A DNA stretch of 64,000 bases, taken from NCBI GenBank assembly GCA_963740315.1, contig CAVUDP010000002.1, forward strand, positions 3,712,001 to 3,776,000. Direction: 5' to 3'. This document shows, one piece after another, positions 1 through 10,776 of the stretch (the first letter of the stretch is position 1; the number at the start of each line of letters is the position of its first letter). The notes beneath the pieces were generated by a model that did no database searches, was not told where the DNA came from, and was given only the letters and a program-made list of their open reading frames with translations. The position numbers and the translations under genes are program-made. The DNA is from an uncultured cyanobacterium. Its GTDB lineage: Bacteria; Cyanobacteriota; Cyanobacteriia; Cyanobacteriales; Nostocaceae.

Positions 1-32
1 TTGGATCGATCGCATATCTTAACCAACAAACT

Positions 33-1301
33 ATGAACCTTGCAACAGAACAACGCATCGCCTTGATTAGTGTCCACGGCGATCCAGCGATTGAAATAGG
101 TAAGGAAGAAGCTGGAGGGCAAAACGTTTACGTTCGTCATGTAGGGGAAGCACTGGCTGAACTTGGATGGCAAGTTGATATGTTTACCCGCAAAGTTGAT
201 GTAGAGCAGGAAGATATTGTTTGGCATTCTCCTAATTGTCGAACAATTCGTTTGAAAGCTGGTAATGTTGATTTTGTGCCACGAGACAATCTTTTTGGGC
301 ATTTACCAGAATTTGTAGATAATTTTCTAAAATTTCAAGAAGACAACGGAATTATATATAATTTGATTCATACCAATTACTGGCTTTCTAGTTGGGTTGG
401 TATGCAGTTAAGACAAAAACAAGAAATTCAACAAGTACATACATATCATTCTCTAGGAGCAGTTAAATACAATACTGTAAAAACTGTTCCTTTAGTTGCT
501 AGTACCCGCCTGGGAACGGAAAAACTGGTATTAGAAACGGCACAAAGAGTTGTTGCAACTTCGCCGCAAGAACAAGAACATATGCGTACCCTTGTTTCAA
601 CAAAAGGAAATATTGATGTAATTCCTTGCGGTACGGATATCGAACGCTTTGGTTGTGTTGACAAAAAAACAGCGAGAACCGAACTAGGGATTAATCCCGA
701 AACTAAGCTAGTAATGTACGTAGGACGTTTCGATCCGCGTAAAGGTATTGAAACCTTGGTACGGGCAGTGGGACAATCTAAATTATTTGGTACCTCCGAC
801 TTGAAGTTAATGATTTGTGGCGGTAGTCGTGTTGGACACAGTGACGGTGATGAATTCGAGCGAATCAAGAATATCGTTGCGGAATTGGGAATGAGTCAGA
901 TGACAGAATTTCCCGGTCGTATCAGTCAGGAAGATTTACCATATTATTATGCTGCGGCTGACGTTTGCGTTGTCCCCAGTCATTATGAGCCTTTTGGACT
1001 GGTAGCCATCGAAGCAATGGCGAGCTTTACACCAGTAGTTGCAAGCGATGTTGGTGGACTCCAGTTTACTGTTGTGAATGAAGAAACTGGTTTGTTAGCA
1101 CCACCGCAAGATGCTCCAGCCTTTGCAAATGCGATTGACCGAATTTTACTCGATGCTGCTTGGGGCGAACAATTAGGTAAAGCTGCGAGAAAGCGCGTTG
1201 AAACCAAATTTAGCTGGGATGGGGTTGCAATGCAATTGGGCGAGCTCTACAAAAGTTTATTGCTGCAATCTGTAGAACAGCCTATGTTAGTAAGCAGTTA
1301 A
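33..1301 (+). CDS. GT4 glycosyltransferase (MshA / sucrose-phosphate-synthase-like)
   Basis: Motifs ISVHGDP, AGGQNVYV, HTNYWLS, VGRFDPRKG and PSHYEPFGLVAIEAMA are typical of GT-B GT4 enzymes. Confidence 0.9.
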   Translation: MNLATEQRIALISVHGDPAIEIGKEEAGGQNVYVRHVGEALAELGWQVDMFTRKVDVEQEDIVWHSPNCRTIRLKAGNVDFVPRDNLFGHLPEFVDNFLKFQEDNGIIYNLIHTNYWLSSWVGMQLRQKQEIQQVHTYHSLGAVKYNTVKTVPLVASTRLGTEKLVLETAQRVVATSPQEQEHMRTLVSTKGNIDVIPCGTDIERFGCVDKKTARTELGINPETKLVMYVGRFDPRKGIETLVRAVGQSKLFGTSDLKLMICGGSRVGHSDGDEFERIKNIVAELGMSQMTEFPGRISQEDLPYYYAAADVCVVPSHYEPFGLVAIEAMASFTPVVASDVGGLQFTVVNEETGLLAPPQDAPAFANAIDRILLDAAWGEQLGKAARKRVETKFSWDGVAMQLGELYKSLLLQSVEQPMLVSS

Positions 1302-1959
1302 TAGTTTATAAATATAAAATTTTGGGCAATCGGTAATTGCTTCATGGAATTCACCGCAAGTAATAAGAGTATCTATTGAGCGGCACGAATTCATTTTTTA
1401 CTGGTTGTTATTTCCGATTGCCCATTATCAGTAATTTTGTTGAGAATACTTTCTAAATTTAGATCGGCAAATTCAAAGATCGATTTTTCGATCTTTTTTT
1501 TATAGTAATTAAACGTATAAATTTAAAAATTATATATATTTAACTAATGATATTCTAAGTATTTATATTCAGTAAAAGCTGAAGATACTTAATTTTATAA
1601 TTTTATATAATTATTGATTTTAGGTTTTTTTAAGTATTCTTGCTGAAGAAGTGAAAATACTTAATCTGAAAGAAAAGCTTCAATGAAATAGAGAATTTTC
1701 CCTCGACATTAGACTTAATAGAGTTTTAACTAGATACATAAGCAACTGAAACCTCAGACATAAAATATCTTTTTCATTGCTATCTACTTTTAGAAGAATA
1801 AAATCAATCCTAGAAGTATAAGTAAACGAATTGGATTAATTTAAATACCTGAGACTATTTTCACAACCGTTTATTACCTTAACTTGCTTTCGTGGTTTCA
1901 ATCATGTTTATTTCCACGATTAATTAGTTTTGCAAATCATAACAAAGTAAAAAAATAAA

Positions 1960-2727
1960 ATGTTTAATTTAAATCATAAAATCAACGCAGCAAATTCACT
2001 TTTGGCTTTAGGCATCACGACTCTTGGGTTATTTATGGTACCTGATTCTGCCCAAGCTTTCACTTTAGTCGATCGTACAGATTTTGACGATACAGCTTTT
2101 GAACTGCAAAGAACAAATGGAGATTTTACTGAGCTGTTTGTTGCTGAAGGAAGAATTGGTAATAATAAAGGTGATGGAGAAAGAGAATTAGGTCTTAATA
2201 CAGCTACTGGTGCAAATGTTGAAGCAGGAGATTTAGTTTGGGGAGATGGAAGTAATAATGTAAATGAATACAATTTCAGTTTGAAGTACGATGGAAGTAA
2301 GGTTACATATGAACTTGGCGGTCAAACCTTAAGTAGCACTGAATTTAGTGGTTCTGCAAACAGTATTTTTCTGCGTACTTTTGCACAAAAGGATAACAGT
2401 AAGAACTCTAAAAACTTTGTTACGCTTAAAGACTTAGTTTTTAACGGTGAAACTATAGGAAGTTTGTCATCTTTGGGTGGTGAGAGCAAAGATGTAGACT
2501 ATTTGCAAATCCGCGATATTGATATTTCAGCTCCGTTTACACTTACTGGTAAAACATTAATGAGTTGGACTGGTAGTAACCCTATGCGTTCTAACCTTGC
2601 TTTTCAAATTAAAGTTGGAAATTCTTCACCAACCAGCGTACCCGAACCCGGTACAATCGGCGCGATATTCGTAACTGGAATTACTGGTTTAGGATTGAGT
2701 AAAAAGAAGAAAAAAGATGAAGCTTAA
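1960..2727 (+). CDS. Secreted PEP-CTERM sorting-domain protein
   Basis: Signal peptide ending AQA; C-terminal VPEP, hydrophobic helix and KKKKK tail. Confidence 0.9.
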   Translation: MFNLNHKINAANSLLALGITTLGLFMVPDSAQAFTLVDRTDFDDTAFELQRTNGDFTELFVAEGRIGNNKGDGERELGLNTATGANVEAGDLVWGDGSNNVNEYNFSLKYDGSKVTYELGGQTLSSTEFSGSANSIFLRTFAQKDNSKNSKNFVTLKDLVFNGETIGSLSSLGGESKDVDYLQIRDIDISAPFTLTGKTLMSWTGSNPMRSNLAFQIKVGNSSPTSVPEPGTIGAIFVTGITGLGLSKKKKKDEA

Positions 2728-2949
2728 AGATAAATAAGTGCGTCAACGATATTATTATCTAATTTCTATTTAATATTTGATAGAGTTGCATCGCCTTAAT
2801 TAAACAGTTTTTTCTTATCTTCTTCAAGTCAGAAAGCTAATTAAACAAATGCACGTCTCAAAGATATCTATATCTAAGGGCGTGCATCATAGGTTTTAAT
2901 CGAGCTATACTTACCAAAATAAACACTTTTACAACAAACAACAATCGCT

Positions 2950-4668
2950 GTGCAAACATTTGACTTTACTACTTTGAGTGCAGTTTGCAGCGATATCCGT
3001 GCTAACTGGCTTCCATCGCGCCTCGAACAAGTTTATCAGCGCGATCGCTACACTATTGCAATTGCACTCCGTACTCTCAAATCACGGGGTTGGTTGGAAG
3101 TTTCTTGGCATCCCCAAGCTGCTCGCATTCATATCGGTTCTCCACCACCGCGATCGCCAGATACATTCACGTTTTCTCAACAATTGGTTCACCAGTTAGG
3201 TGGTTTGGCATTAGTAACAATTGAGACAATTGCTCCTTGGGAACGTGCTGTAGATTTACAATTCGCTCGTCGCCCTGGAGAGCAGGCTTTATATCATTTA
3301 TATGTAGAAATCATGGGCAAGTACAGCAACGTGATTCTTACGGATGCCAAGAATATAATTATTACTGCCGGTCGTCAAATTAACGAGAAAAAATCAAGCG
3401 TTCGTCCTATTTTAACCGGAGAAGTTTACGAAAAACCACCCAGCCTTACTACTAAAATTCCCAGTTTGGATGAATCAGAACTCTCTTGGCAAGAAAGGGT
3501 AAGCTTGATACCAGGAGCAATCAAGCGTCAGTTGCCAAAAATCTATCGTGGTGTTTCTCCCGCTTTGGTAGAGTCGATGCTAAAAGCTGCAAATATTAGT
3601 ACGGATACAACCGATAATTTTACATCTAAGGAATGGCGCTTATTATTTAAGCAATGGCATATTTGGCTCGAAGCTTTGCAAGAAAAGAAATTTCAACCAG
3701 CTTGGACTCAAACAGGCTATACCGTACTCGGTTGGGGTGCAGTTAAAAAAGTAGACGATATTCAAGAGTTACTCGATCGCTACTATACCGATAAGTTTAA
3801 CGAACAGATATTTTCTCAGCTACGGCATCAGCTTACTCAAAAACTAAGCAATATTTTGCAGAAATTAGGCTCTAAAGCCCAAACCTTTGATAAACGCTTG
3901 CAACAGTCATCTCAAGCAGACGAATATCGTACTAAAGCCGATTTACTGATGGCTTATCTGCAAGAATGGCAACCGGGGATGGAAGAAATTACTTTAGCTG
4001 ATTTCGAGACAAACGAACCAGTAAAAATAAAACTACAACCAGATAAAAACGCAGTACAAAATGCTCAATATCTTTATAAACAGCATCAAAAACTCAAACG
4101 CGCTCGTACTGCGGTAGAACCTTTACTTGCAGAAGTGAATGCCGAAATTGAATATTTAGAACAAGTAGAAGCTGCAATTTCTCAAATTGACAACTACCAA
4201 ACAGATGAAGATTTACAGGCTTTGGAAGAAATCCGCGAAGAATTGATTGCCCAAAAATATTTGGAAGACTCGGAATACCGCAGACGTAGTTCTAACGAAG
4301 CGACTACAAACTTTCATCGTCATCAAACACCAAGCGGTTTTGAAGTATTGATTGGACGTAACAACCGCCAAAATGACCAATTAACTTTTCGTGTTGCCCG
4401 AAATTATGACTTATGGTTTCACGCTCAAGAAATTCCTGGAAGTCACGTACTACTAAGACTTGAGCCTGGAGCTATAGCCGAAGAGAATGATTTACAGTTT
4501 ACCGCAAATCTTGCAGCATACTATAGCCGCGCTCGTCAAAGCGAACAGGTACCAGTCATTTACACCGAACCAAAGCACGTTTATAAACCAAAAGGAGCCA
4601 AACCAGGAATTGCTATTTACAAGCAAGAAACCATACTTTGGGGAAAACCACAATCTCTCAAAAGTTAG
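2950..4668 (+). CDS. rqcH: NFACT/FbpA-family ribosome quality-control protein
   Basis: EIMGKYSN, coiled coil and C-terminal GRNNRQND / WFHAQEIPGSHV NFACT-R motifs; GTG start. Confidence 0.9.
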   Translation: MQTFDFTTLSAVCSDIRANWLPSRLEQVYQRDRYTIAIALRTLKSRGWLEVSWHPQAARIHIGSPPPRSPDTFTFSQQLVHQLGGLALVTIETIAPWERAVDLQFARRPGEQALYHLYVEIMGKYSNVILTDAKNIIITAGRQINEKKSSVRPILTGEVYEKPPSLTTKIPSLDESELSWQERVSLIPGAIKRQLPKIYRGVSPALVESMLKAANISTDTTDNFTSKEWRLLFKQWHIWLEALQEKKFQPAWTQTGYTVLGWGAVKKVDDIQELLDRYYTDKFNEQIFSQLRHQLTQKLSNILQKLGSKAQTFDKRLQQSSQADEYRTKADLLMAYLQEWQPGMEEITLADFETNEPVKIKLQPDKNAVQNAQYLYKQHQKLKRARTAVEPLLAEVNAEIEYLEQVEAAISQIDNYQTDEDLQALEEIREELIAQKYLEDSEYRRRSSNEATTNFHRHQTPSGFEVLIGRNNRQNDQLTFRVARNYDLWFHAQEIPGSHVLLRLEPGAIAEENDLQFTANLAAYYSRARQSEQVPVIYTEPKHVYKPKGAKPGIAIYKQETILWGKPQSLKS

Positions 4669-4847
4669 GGGTTAAGAGTTAGCAGTTAATAATTAAGAAT
4701 TTTTTTTCACTTTCTCCCCCCTCTTCCCCTTCTCTCTTTCGCTAGTTCTAATCAATTCTTCTTAAAGATAGAGGCAGAATATCTCTACAAATATCTTTTT
4801 TTGGTAAATTTTCAGGAAAATTCTGTACTGCCTGTTACAATACTGTA

Positions 4848-4959
4848 AAGAAACATTACCCGAGCCGTTTTGGGAACGCGAAAATTTGGGTTTGATTTTG
4901 CAAAGAAGACAACGCTAACAAAAAGTATGATAGACCAGCTGTGGGAAGCTGGTTTTTTT
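4848..4959 (+). ncRNA. Candidate sRNA, possibly a PsrR1/SyR1 homolog
   Basis: Extended -10 TGtTACAAT at 4833-4841; ORF-free ~110 nt; ends in hairpin ACCAGC-TGTGGGAA-GCTGGT plus T-tract. Resemblance to PsrR1 is from memory only. Confidence 0.5.
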
Positions 4960-5147
4960 GTATAAAATCATCCAAAATCTATAGTGCGTGAGAAGCATTC
5001 CTCTAAGGTGCTATGGCAATCTAGCCATAATGGTAGATAGCTGTGAAATCAATCAACTTACAACTTATTGTTCGTAATAGTTAATGTATATTACGTATAT
5101 TTACTATTATACTATAAATTAATTTATGGCGTATAAAAATCGAGAAG

Positions 5148-5191
5148 CCGGGTTTATTGGCATTACATCAAGCAATTTGGAATAAACCCGG
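5148..5191 (-). terminator. Inverted repeat downstream of the porin gene
   Basis: CCGGGTTTATT ... AATAAACCCGG, 11-bp arms just past the porin stop. Confidence 0.55.
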
Positions 5192-5214
5192 TTTACTTTC
5201 TTAGATACAGTTGA

Positions 5215-6867
5215 TTAAAAAGTAAAGGTAGTTCTAAGGGCACCAATTACAACATCATTGTTATTATCATTGTGGTCTGGTGCAGTTAACCAAATGACTC
5301 CAGGGGTTATAGCAATATTGTCATTTACCTTAAACTGGTAAAACGCTTCGATGTGATAGGAAGTATCCGTGTCCTTGCTAATTTCGTCGATACTCGAATC
5401 CGTTACTTTTGGTTCCATACCTACGATAATACCTGCTAAGTTCCCTTTCTTACCTAAGTCCGGAAAACCTAAAGTTACCGCCCAATTCCAAATATCAAGA
5501 CTTCCACGGTCAATTCTACCTCCTTCAGTGGATAAATTAATTGCATTGGTATATCCAACCCAACCTCCTAACACAATATTATTGCTGATACCTAACGTTG
5601 CTTGTATACCATAGGAATTGCTAGAAAATGGCACCTCTACCTCTTCAGGTTCGGGTTCTCCAGGTTCGGCAGGAGGAGGGGCAATTTCACCTCGAAGGAA
5701 GGATATAGGATTGGCACGATTGCTACCAGTACCTAATTCCTGATTATAAGCATTGATATAGGTCAAACCAATTTTGAAACGTTTGCTTGGCTCAAAGGTT
5801 AACTGTGCAAGCGCACCGTAGGGACCATTAAATATACCGCTATCCGAAGAAGGATCGTTAGGGGAACTTCCTAAATAAGCCAAACTCAATGATAAGCGAT
5901 CGCCAAATTCTTGGGTAATTCCTAATCCAGAACCATCCATATTGTAATAAATCGGGTTACGAGTACCAAAAGCAGATATCGCACCTTCTGTACCATCACC
6001 GTCAAATTGGTTAACAGTATCTACAACATCATCCGCCGCACCTGCATTTGCGATCGCAATAACATTGGTTTTCTCGGTGAGAGGAAAACTGTACCATAAC
6101 GCATCAAGGGCAGCATCAGTACTAGCATCTTCACTGGCTTCACCAAAAGCAAGATTACCTTCAGGCGTACCAATATTGGGACTGACAATATTATTAGTTT
6201 GAATACGAGTGTATAGAGTGTCTTTTCCAGTGAAACTAGTAACAAAGTTTATCCGCGCTCTTGCTCCGAAAGTCGTATTGTCTTCGTTTGTATCTCCCTC
6301 CAAAGTATCAACGACTGCCGTTACAACTTCACCTTCTAATTTAGAAGTTGTAGAAAACTGATTCGCTTCTATTTGAGCAGTTCTTGCTTCTATTGCATCT
6401 ACTCTTCCACGCAGTGTTGCAAGTTCGGGTGAAAAGTCTTGTTGTAATTTTTGCAGTGTAGCTAAATCTTCCCTTGTAACTAAATCGGCAGTCGCTGTAG
6501 CGATTAACTCATTAACTCTATCTAAACAAGCATTCAAACCAGCAGCAAACTCATACCTAGTTAATGCTCGATTGCCGCGATATGTTTGGTTGGGATATCC
6601 AGCAATACATCCGTAACGTTCCACCAAAGATTGCAGAGCCTGGAATGCCCAGTCAGTAGGCTGGACATCAGATAGCTGAGATACTGAAGTTACTTGGGCT
6701 ATTAGCTTCTCTTGAGTAAGACTATCATCTCTTAACTGTAATGTTGCAGACCCAAAAGCTTCCTTATTTTCTAAATTAACAACTGTCTCTACAGCGATCG
6801 CATCGCTACCAACGACCATCATTGCTGCAATTGGGCTTGTTAGCAGAATTTGCAATACTTTGTTCAT
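5215..6867 (-). CDS. Cyanobacterial SLH-domain outer-membrane porin (OprB/SomA-like)
   Basis: QVTSVSQLSDVQPTDWAFQALQSLVERYGC SLH motif, coiled coil, C-terminal LRTTFTF. Confidence 0.93.
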   Translation of the reverse strand: MNKVLQILLTSPIAAMMVVGSDAIAVETVVNLENKEAFGSATLQLRDDSLTQEKLIAQVTSVSQLSDVQPTDWAFQALQSLVERYGCIAGYPNQTYRGNRALTRYEFAAGLNACLDRVNELIATATADLVTREDLATLQKLQQDFSPELATLRGRVDAIEARTAQIEANQFSTTSKLEGEVVTAVVDTLEGDTNEDNTTFGARARINFVTSFTGKDTLYTRIQTNNIVSPNIGTPEGNLAFGEASEDASTDAALDALWYSFPLTEKTNVIAIANAGAADDVVDTVNQFDGDGTEGAISAFGTRNPIYYNMDGSGLGITQEFGDRLSLSLAYLGSSPNDPSSDSGIFNGPYGALAQLTFEPSKRFKIGLTYINAYNQELGTGSNRANPISFLRGEIAPPPAEPGEPEPEEVEVPFSSNSYGIQATLGISNNIVLGGWVGYTNAINLSTEGGRIDRGSLDIWNWAVTLGFPDLGKKGNLAGIIVGMEPKVTDSSIDEISKDTDTSYHIEAFYQFKVNDNIAITPGVIWLTAPDHNDNNNDVVIGALRTTFTF

Positions 6868-7245
6868 TCTTCTTCCTTACGCTTAAAAACGCTTATTCGG
6901 CATCCAAACTCTACTTATATGAGAGCATTTTTATTAAAAATAATTTTCAAGAACATATTAGCATTCAGCAGCTTTTTCACAAAAAATCTAGAAACTTGAT
7001 TATTTATACTTAGTTAACACTCTTCAATTTATTTTCTCTGCTGCCGCTAATCTAATAATTCAATTCATCATGATGTTAGTGACTATTAGCTGGGTAAGCA
7101 ACACGAATGGGATTCTTATGAGGGTGCTTCATACCTTGCTTCGTCTGTTAGTATCGCGATCGAACAATTTATGATTTTTGTATTAGTCTTTGTTTCGGAA
7201 AAATGTTGAATTAAATCCATAGAAATAGATTATTTGGCAAAACTC

Positions 7246-7274
7246 TTGCAAAAGAAAGTAAGCAATGCTATATT
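7246..7274 (+). promoter_or_regulatory. Sigma70-type promoter of tRNA-Phe
   Basis: TTGCAA-17 nt-TATATT with extended TG, 25 nt upstream of the tRNA. Confidence 0.65.
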
Positions 7275-7299
7275 CTTTAATCGTGGGTCAAATAAGCCA

Positions 7300-7372
<73 letters not shown>

Positions 7373-7427
7373 TTACTGAAAATTCGATGTTCTTGCTTAT
7401 AGGGTAAGGGTTTCGGAGGACGACTTA

Positions 7428-7822
7428 AAGAAGGTGTAACCAAATTATTGGATATCTTTAGGTCGATTTGGATAAAAAAATGGTGTAAAGATGGTGTAAT
7501 CCTTGTGTACACTAGAAGGTAGATTACACCTTCTTAACTCATGGCTTCCAAAACACCAACTGGCAGGGCTTCTAAAGGCTCTGTATCGGTAATACTTTCT
7601 AATGGTCGTTTACAGCTTAGGTTTCACTTCGCTCGCAAGCGATACTATATTTCTACTGGCTATCCCGATACGCCGCATCATCGGAAGTTAGCTAAATTGA
7701 AAGCTTCGGAAATTGAAAAAGATATTTTGTTTGAGCGGTTTGACCCCAAGGATTTAGATAAATACAAGTCACAAGTCGATTCACAGGAAATTACACCATT
7801 TACACCATCTTCTACGCCATCT
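7428..7822. repeat. Repeated (A)TGGTGTAA-type motifs, putative integrase arm-binding sites
   Basis: AAGAAGGTGTAA 7428-7439 is inverted with TTACACCTTCTT 7524-7535; ATGGTGTAA at 7480 and 7491; TTACACCAT at 7791 and 7800; a degenerate copy at 7812. Confidence 0.6.
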
Positions 7823-8752
7823 GCGTCTCAACCAACATTGGTGCAGTTATGGGAGAAATATACGGATTTTAAGCGCTCAAGCTTATCCCCAAGCACTTTG
7901 GCAAAGGATTATACTAAAATCGCTCGTTGCATCGAATTAAAGTTGCCGAGCAAGTCCTTAAAGGATGCGATCGCCATTCGTGATTGGTTAGTTGCTAATA
8001 AAACAGCGAATTCTGCGAAAAGGATACTAACTCAACTAGCAGCTTGTTGCCAATGGGCGCAAAAATCTCAGATGATTAGTCATAATCCTTTTTTTGGGAT
8101 GGCAAGTGAAATAAAAATTTCTAAGAGTCAATCTGATGGTTCGGATATTAATCCTTTTAGTTTGGAAGAAAGGGACAAGATAATTCAAAGCTTCAAAGAT
8201 AACCATTTTTACAGTCATTATGCTCCGTTAATAGAATTCCTTTTCATGAGCGGATGCAGACCATCTGAAGCTGTAGCTTTGCAATGGAAGCATATTTCAG
8301 AAGACTTTAGAACAGTACGATTTGAGCAAGCGGTAGTTGAAGCAGAAAACGGACTGGTATGTAAAAAAGGATTGAAGACTCAGAAAAAACGTTCGTTTCC
8401 AGCAAACAAGAAACTCGCAGCACTTCTAGAGTCAATCAAAGCAGAAAATGCAACTGGTGAGACTAAAGTATTTCCTTCTCCCAAAGGTAAATGGATTGAT
8501 GTGCATAACCTTACGAATAGAGTGTGGCGTTCTGTGCTTCAAGAATTAAGTGGCACCATAGAGTATCGTAAACTTTATCAAACCAGGCATACTTTTATTA
8601 CAGCAGCCTTAGAAACACCAATTCCGACTCCAGATGGAAGAACCAAGATGCTCGATGCAAAGGATGTAGCTAAGTTAGTTGGGACTAGTCCTAAGATGAT
8701 TTATGAGCATTATGCTGGAGCAAGTAAGGAATTGTTTGTGCCGGAGTTTTAA
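7541..8752 (+). CDS. Tyrosine recombinase/integrase with N-terminal arm-binding domain
   Basis: GRLQLRF..RYYISTG arm domain; SGCRPSE (Arg), LKTQK (Lys), YQTRHTF, VGTS, and the Tyr nucleophile in YEHY. Confidence 0.95.
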   Translation: MASKTPTGRASKGSVSVILSNGRLQLRFHFARKRYYISTGYPDTPHHRKLAKLKASEIEKDILFERFDPKDLDKYKSQVDSQEITPFTPSSTPSASQPTLVQLWEKYTDFKRSSLSPSTLAKDYTKIARCIELKLPSKSLKDAIAIRDWLVANKTANSAKRILTQLAACCQWAQKSQMISHNPFFGMASEIKISKSQSDGSDINPFSLEERDKIIQSFKDNHFYSHYAPLIEFLFMSGCRPSEAVALQWKHISEDFRTVRFEQAVVEAENGLVCKKGLKTQKKRSFPANKKLAALLESIKAENATGETKVFPSPKGKWIDVHNLTNRVWRSVLQELSGTIEYRKLYQTRHTFITAALETPIPTPDGRTKMLDAKDVAKLVGTSPKMIYEHYAGASKELFVPEF

Positions 8753-8812
8753 GTTATTCAAAGACGGTAAAAAATTTCAATTCAATAAATAATAAGCAGT
8801 TGAAACACAAAT

Positions 8813-9448
8813 ATGACAACTAATATAGCTATTGCAGAAAACATTACTACTCTTCGTCAAGTTGAAGAGAAATTGGGTCTAAAACTTAGTGATGAGCGCC
8901 AATTTTTTACCGAATGGATGGCTGACTTACCTCTGCTGAGTGAAGCAGAAGAAATAAGATTAGAACAAGTTCGACAAAATTATCTTTATCAAATTTCGGA
9001 TGGAAGCCTTTTAGAAGAAACTATTAAAATGGTGGTGCTTTCACCGTTACTGGAACTTGCGGGTTTCTATCAGTCACCTTATAGGTTTAAAACCGAAGTA
9101 TCTGTGGAAATTGAAGCATTAGGAGATAACGAAGAAATTTTACGAGGACGTATTGATGCTTTAGTTTTACAGGGTAAATTGTGGATTGTACTAATAGAAT
9201 CAAAGAAGACGACCTTTGATTTGGAATTAGCAATTCCTCAGACACTAGCTTATATGGCGGCTCATCCAAAGCCAGAACAACCTCTTTACGGAATGATAAC
9301 TAATGGTAGCAGCCATTTGTTTGTCAAAGCTTTAGGTAAACAGTATGGTGTTTCTGATTTATTTTCAACTAGGTCGCAGTATCGAAATAATTTGAACGAA
9401 GTTTTAAAAATACTCAAATATTTAGGAAGAATTATTACAGCATCTTAG
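8813..9448 (+). CDS. Stand-alone HsdR-N-like PD-(D/E)xK nuclease-domain protein
   Basis: GRIDALV...IESKK, PQTLAYM and YGMITNG motifs. Confidence 0.75.
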   Translation: MTTNIAIAENITTLRQVEEKLGLKLSDERQFFTEWMADLPLLSEAEEIRLEQVRQNYLYQISDGSLLEETIKMVVLSPLLELAGFYQSPYRFKTEVSVEIEALGDNEEILRGRIDALVLQGKLWIVLIESKKTTFDLELAIPQTLAYMAAHPKPEQPLYGMITNGSSHLFVKALGKQYGVSDLFSTRSQYRNNLNEVLKILKYLGRIITAS

Positions 9449-9484
9449 GGAAGTGTAAAAATGAATGCAAAATTAAATATGATG

Positions 9485-9515
9485 TACGGCAAATTGCCGT
9501 ATTGATTTTTATTTA
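9485..9515 (+). terminator. Probable intrinsic terminator
   Basis: TACGGCA-AAT-TGCCGTA followed by a T-rich tract. Confidence 0.5.
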
Positions 9516-9773
9516 ATTTTTTATCTGCCACGAGCATAATCGTCTAGGTAAGTAATAGTGGTTTTATGAGTGTTGTATTACCACATTATCATTTCAGATA
9601 ATATGGTGAAATGCTCTATCTGTAAGCATTATAGCGATAATATTGGGCACTTAGCTTTTTATATTCAGTATAATATGAAGGCATCTTGATTGAAATCCAA
9701 TGAATAATCGGAAATTTGAATAGTTGATGCATTAAATTTATCCTTCGTCTTACGGGGCTAATTTAAAAATCGT

Positions 9774-10193
9774 TTATTTCAACGCAATTGCAATATCCGA
9801 ATAAAAGTATCCTTGACTAAGCAAAAACTCAGCTAAACCTTTCATCTTTCCTCTTTTATAAGCAGTGGAATAACCTTTAATTTGCTGTTGCTTACAAAAC
9901 AAGCGTAGGTTTCGGATACCCAAATCAATTAACAACTTAGCTTGCTTATCCTTCTCCACAATTGTCATTGCTTCTTCTTTTATTACTTGACTTATTTTCG
10001 ATTCAGATTGCATTTTAGTCACTTCAATGCAATCGGACTTGCTATCAATTTCCTCAGATTTATGATGTTGTTCATAATCGTAATTTAGATAGCATAAACA
10101 CCCAAATATCAAACAAAACAAGAAGACGGGAAACAATAAATCGTTGATAGTACAAACAATTTCGGGAGTTGTAACAAATTGGGTTGTAAACAT
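9774..10193 (-). CDS. Hypothetical protein with N-terminal TM helix
   Basis: 139-aa ORF with AAGGA SD, hydrophobic segment and basic C-terminus. Confidence 0.6.
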   Translation of the reverse strand: MFTTQFVTTPEIVCTINDLLFPVFLFCLIFGCLCYLNYDYEQHHKSEEIDSKSDCIEVTKMQSESKISQVIKEEAMTIVEKDKQAKLLIDLGIRNLRLFCKQQQIKGYSTAYKRGKMKGLAEFLLSQGYFYSDIAIALK

Positions 10194-10344
10194 TGCGATT
10201 TCCTTTAATTAATAACAATTGGGTAGCGGTTCTCAATTACTACCCAGTAGCGGGGGAAAATCCCCCGTACTAAGTAGTTTTGTACCGCCACTAATAACTA
10301 GAAATTAAAGGTGGAGGTTTTAAGATTCAATCAAAAAATTCAAG

Positions 10345-10578
10345 CTAAGAATCCAATTCATCCATGTCATTGTATAAATAGTCAATTAACGTAGATAAAT
10401 TGTAGTTGTCTTTCAGCTTTGGAGGACAAGCAGGGTTCAGGGCAAAAAACGGTTCGCCATTATGTAAAAAAGTATGGACAACATTCGAGTCTTTCTCTTT
10501 TACGAATATCTTAAAGTCATCCACACTAATTGTTGATAAAACACTTGTTAACTTTGATAATCTTCTTCGTAACATCAT
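10345..10578 (-). CDS. Small hypothetical protein
   Basis: 77-aa ORF with GGAGG SD upstream, co-oriented with the operon. Confidence 0.55.
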   Translation of the reverse strand: MMLRRRLSKLTSVLSTISVDDFKIFVKEKDSNVVHTFLHNGEPFFALNPACPPKLKDNYNLSTLIDYLYNDMDELDS

Positions 10579-10776
10579 AAACCTCCATACATTGTGTTTA
10601 AACTAATTACTTAGCCCCGCACAACGCAGGATATTGAAAGCTTTTTGTTGAACCTACTATCTACTAAAAATGCAGTATTTTAAATAGCAATTAATTCGAT
10701 TTCGGTACTTAAAAAACTTCCAATGGCAATAGCAAGAATTGAACTTGTTTTTTGGATCACCAGAATTGCCTATTCA

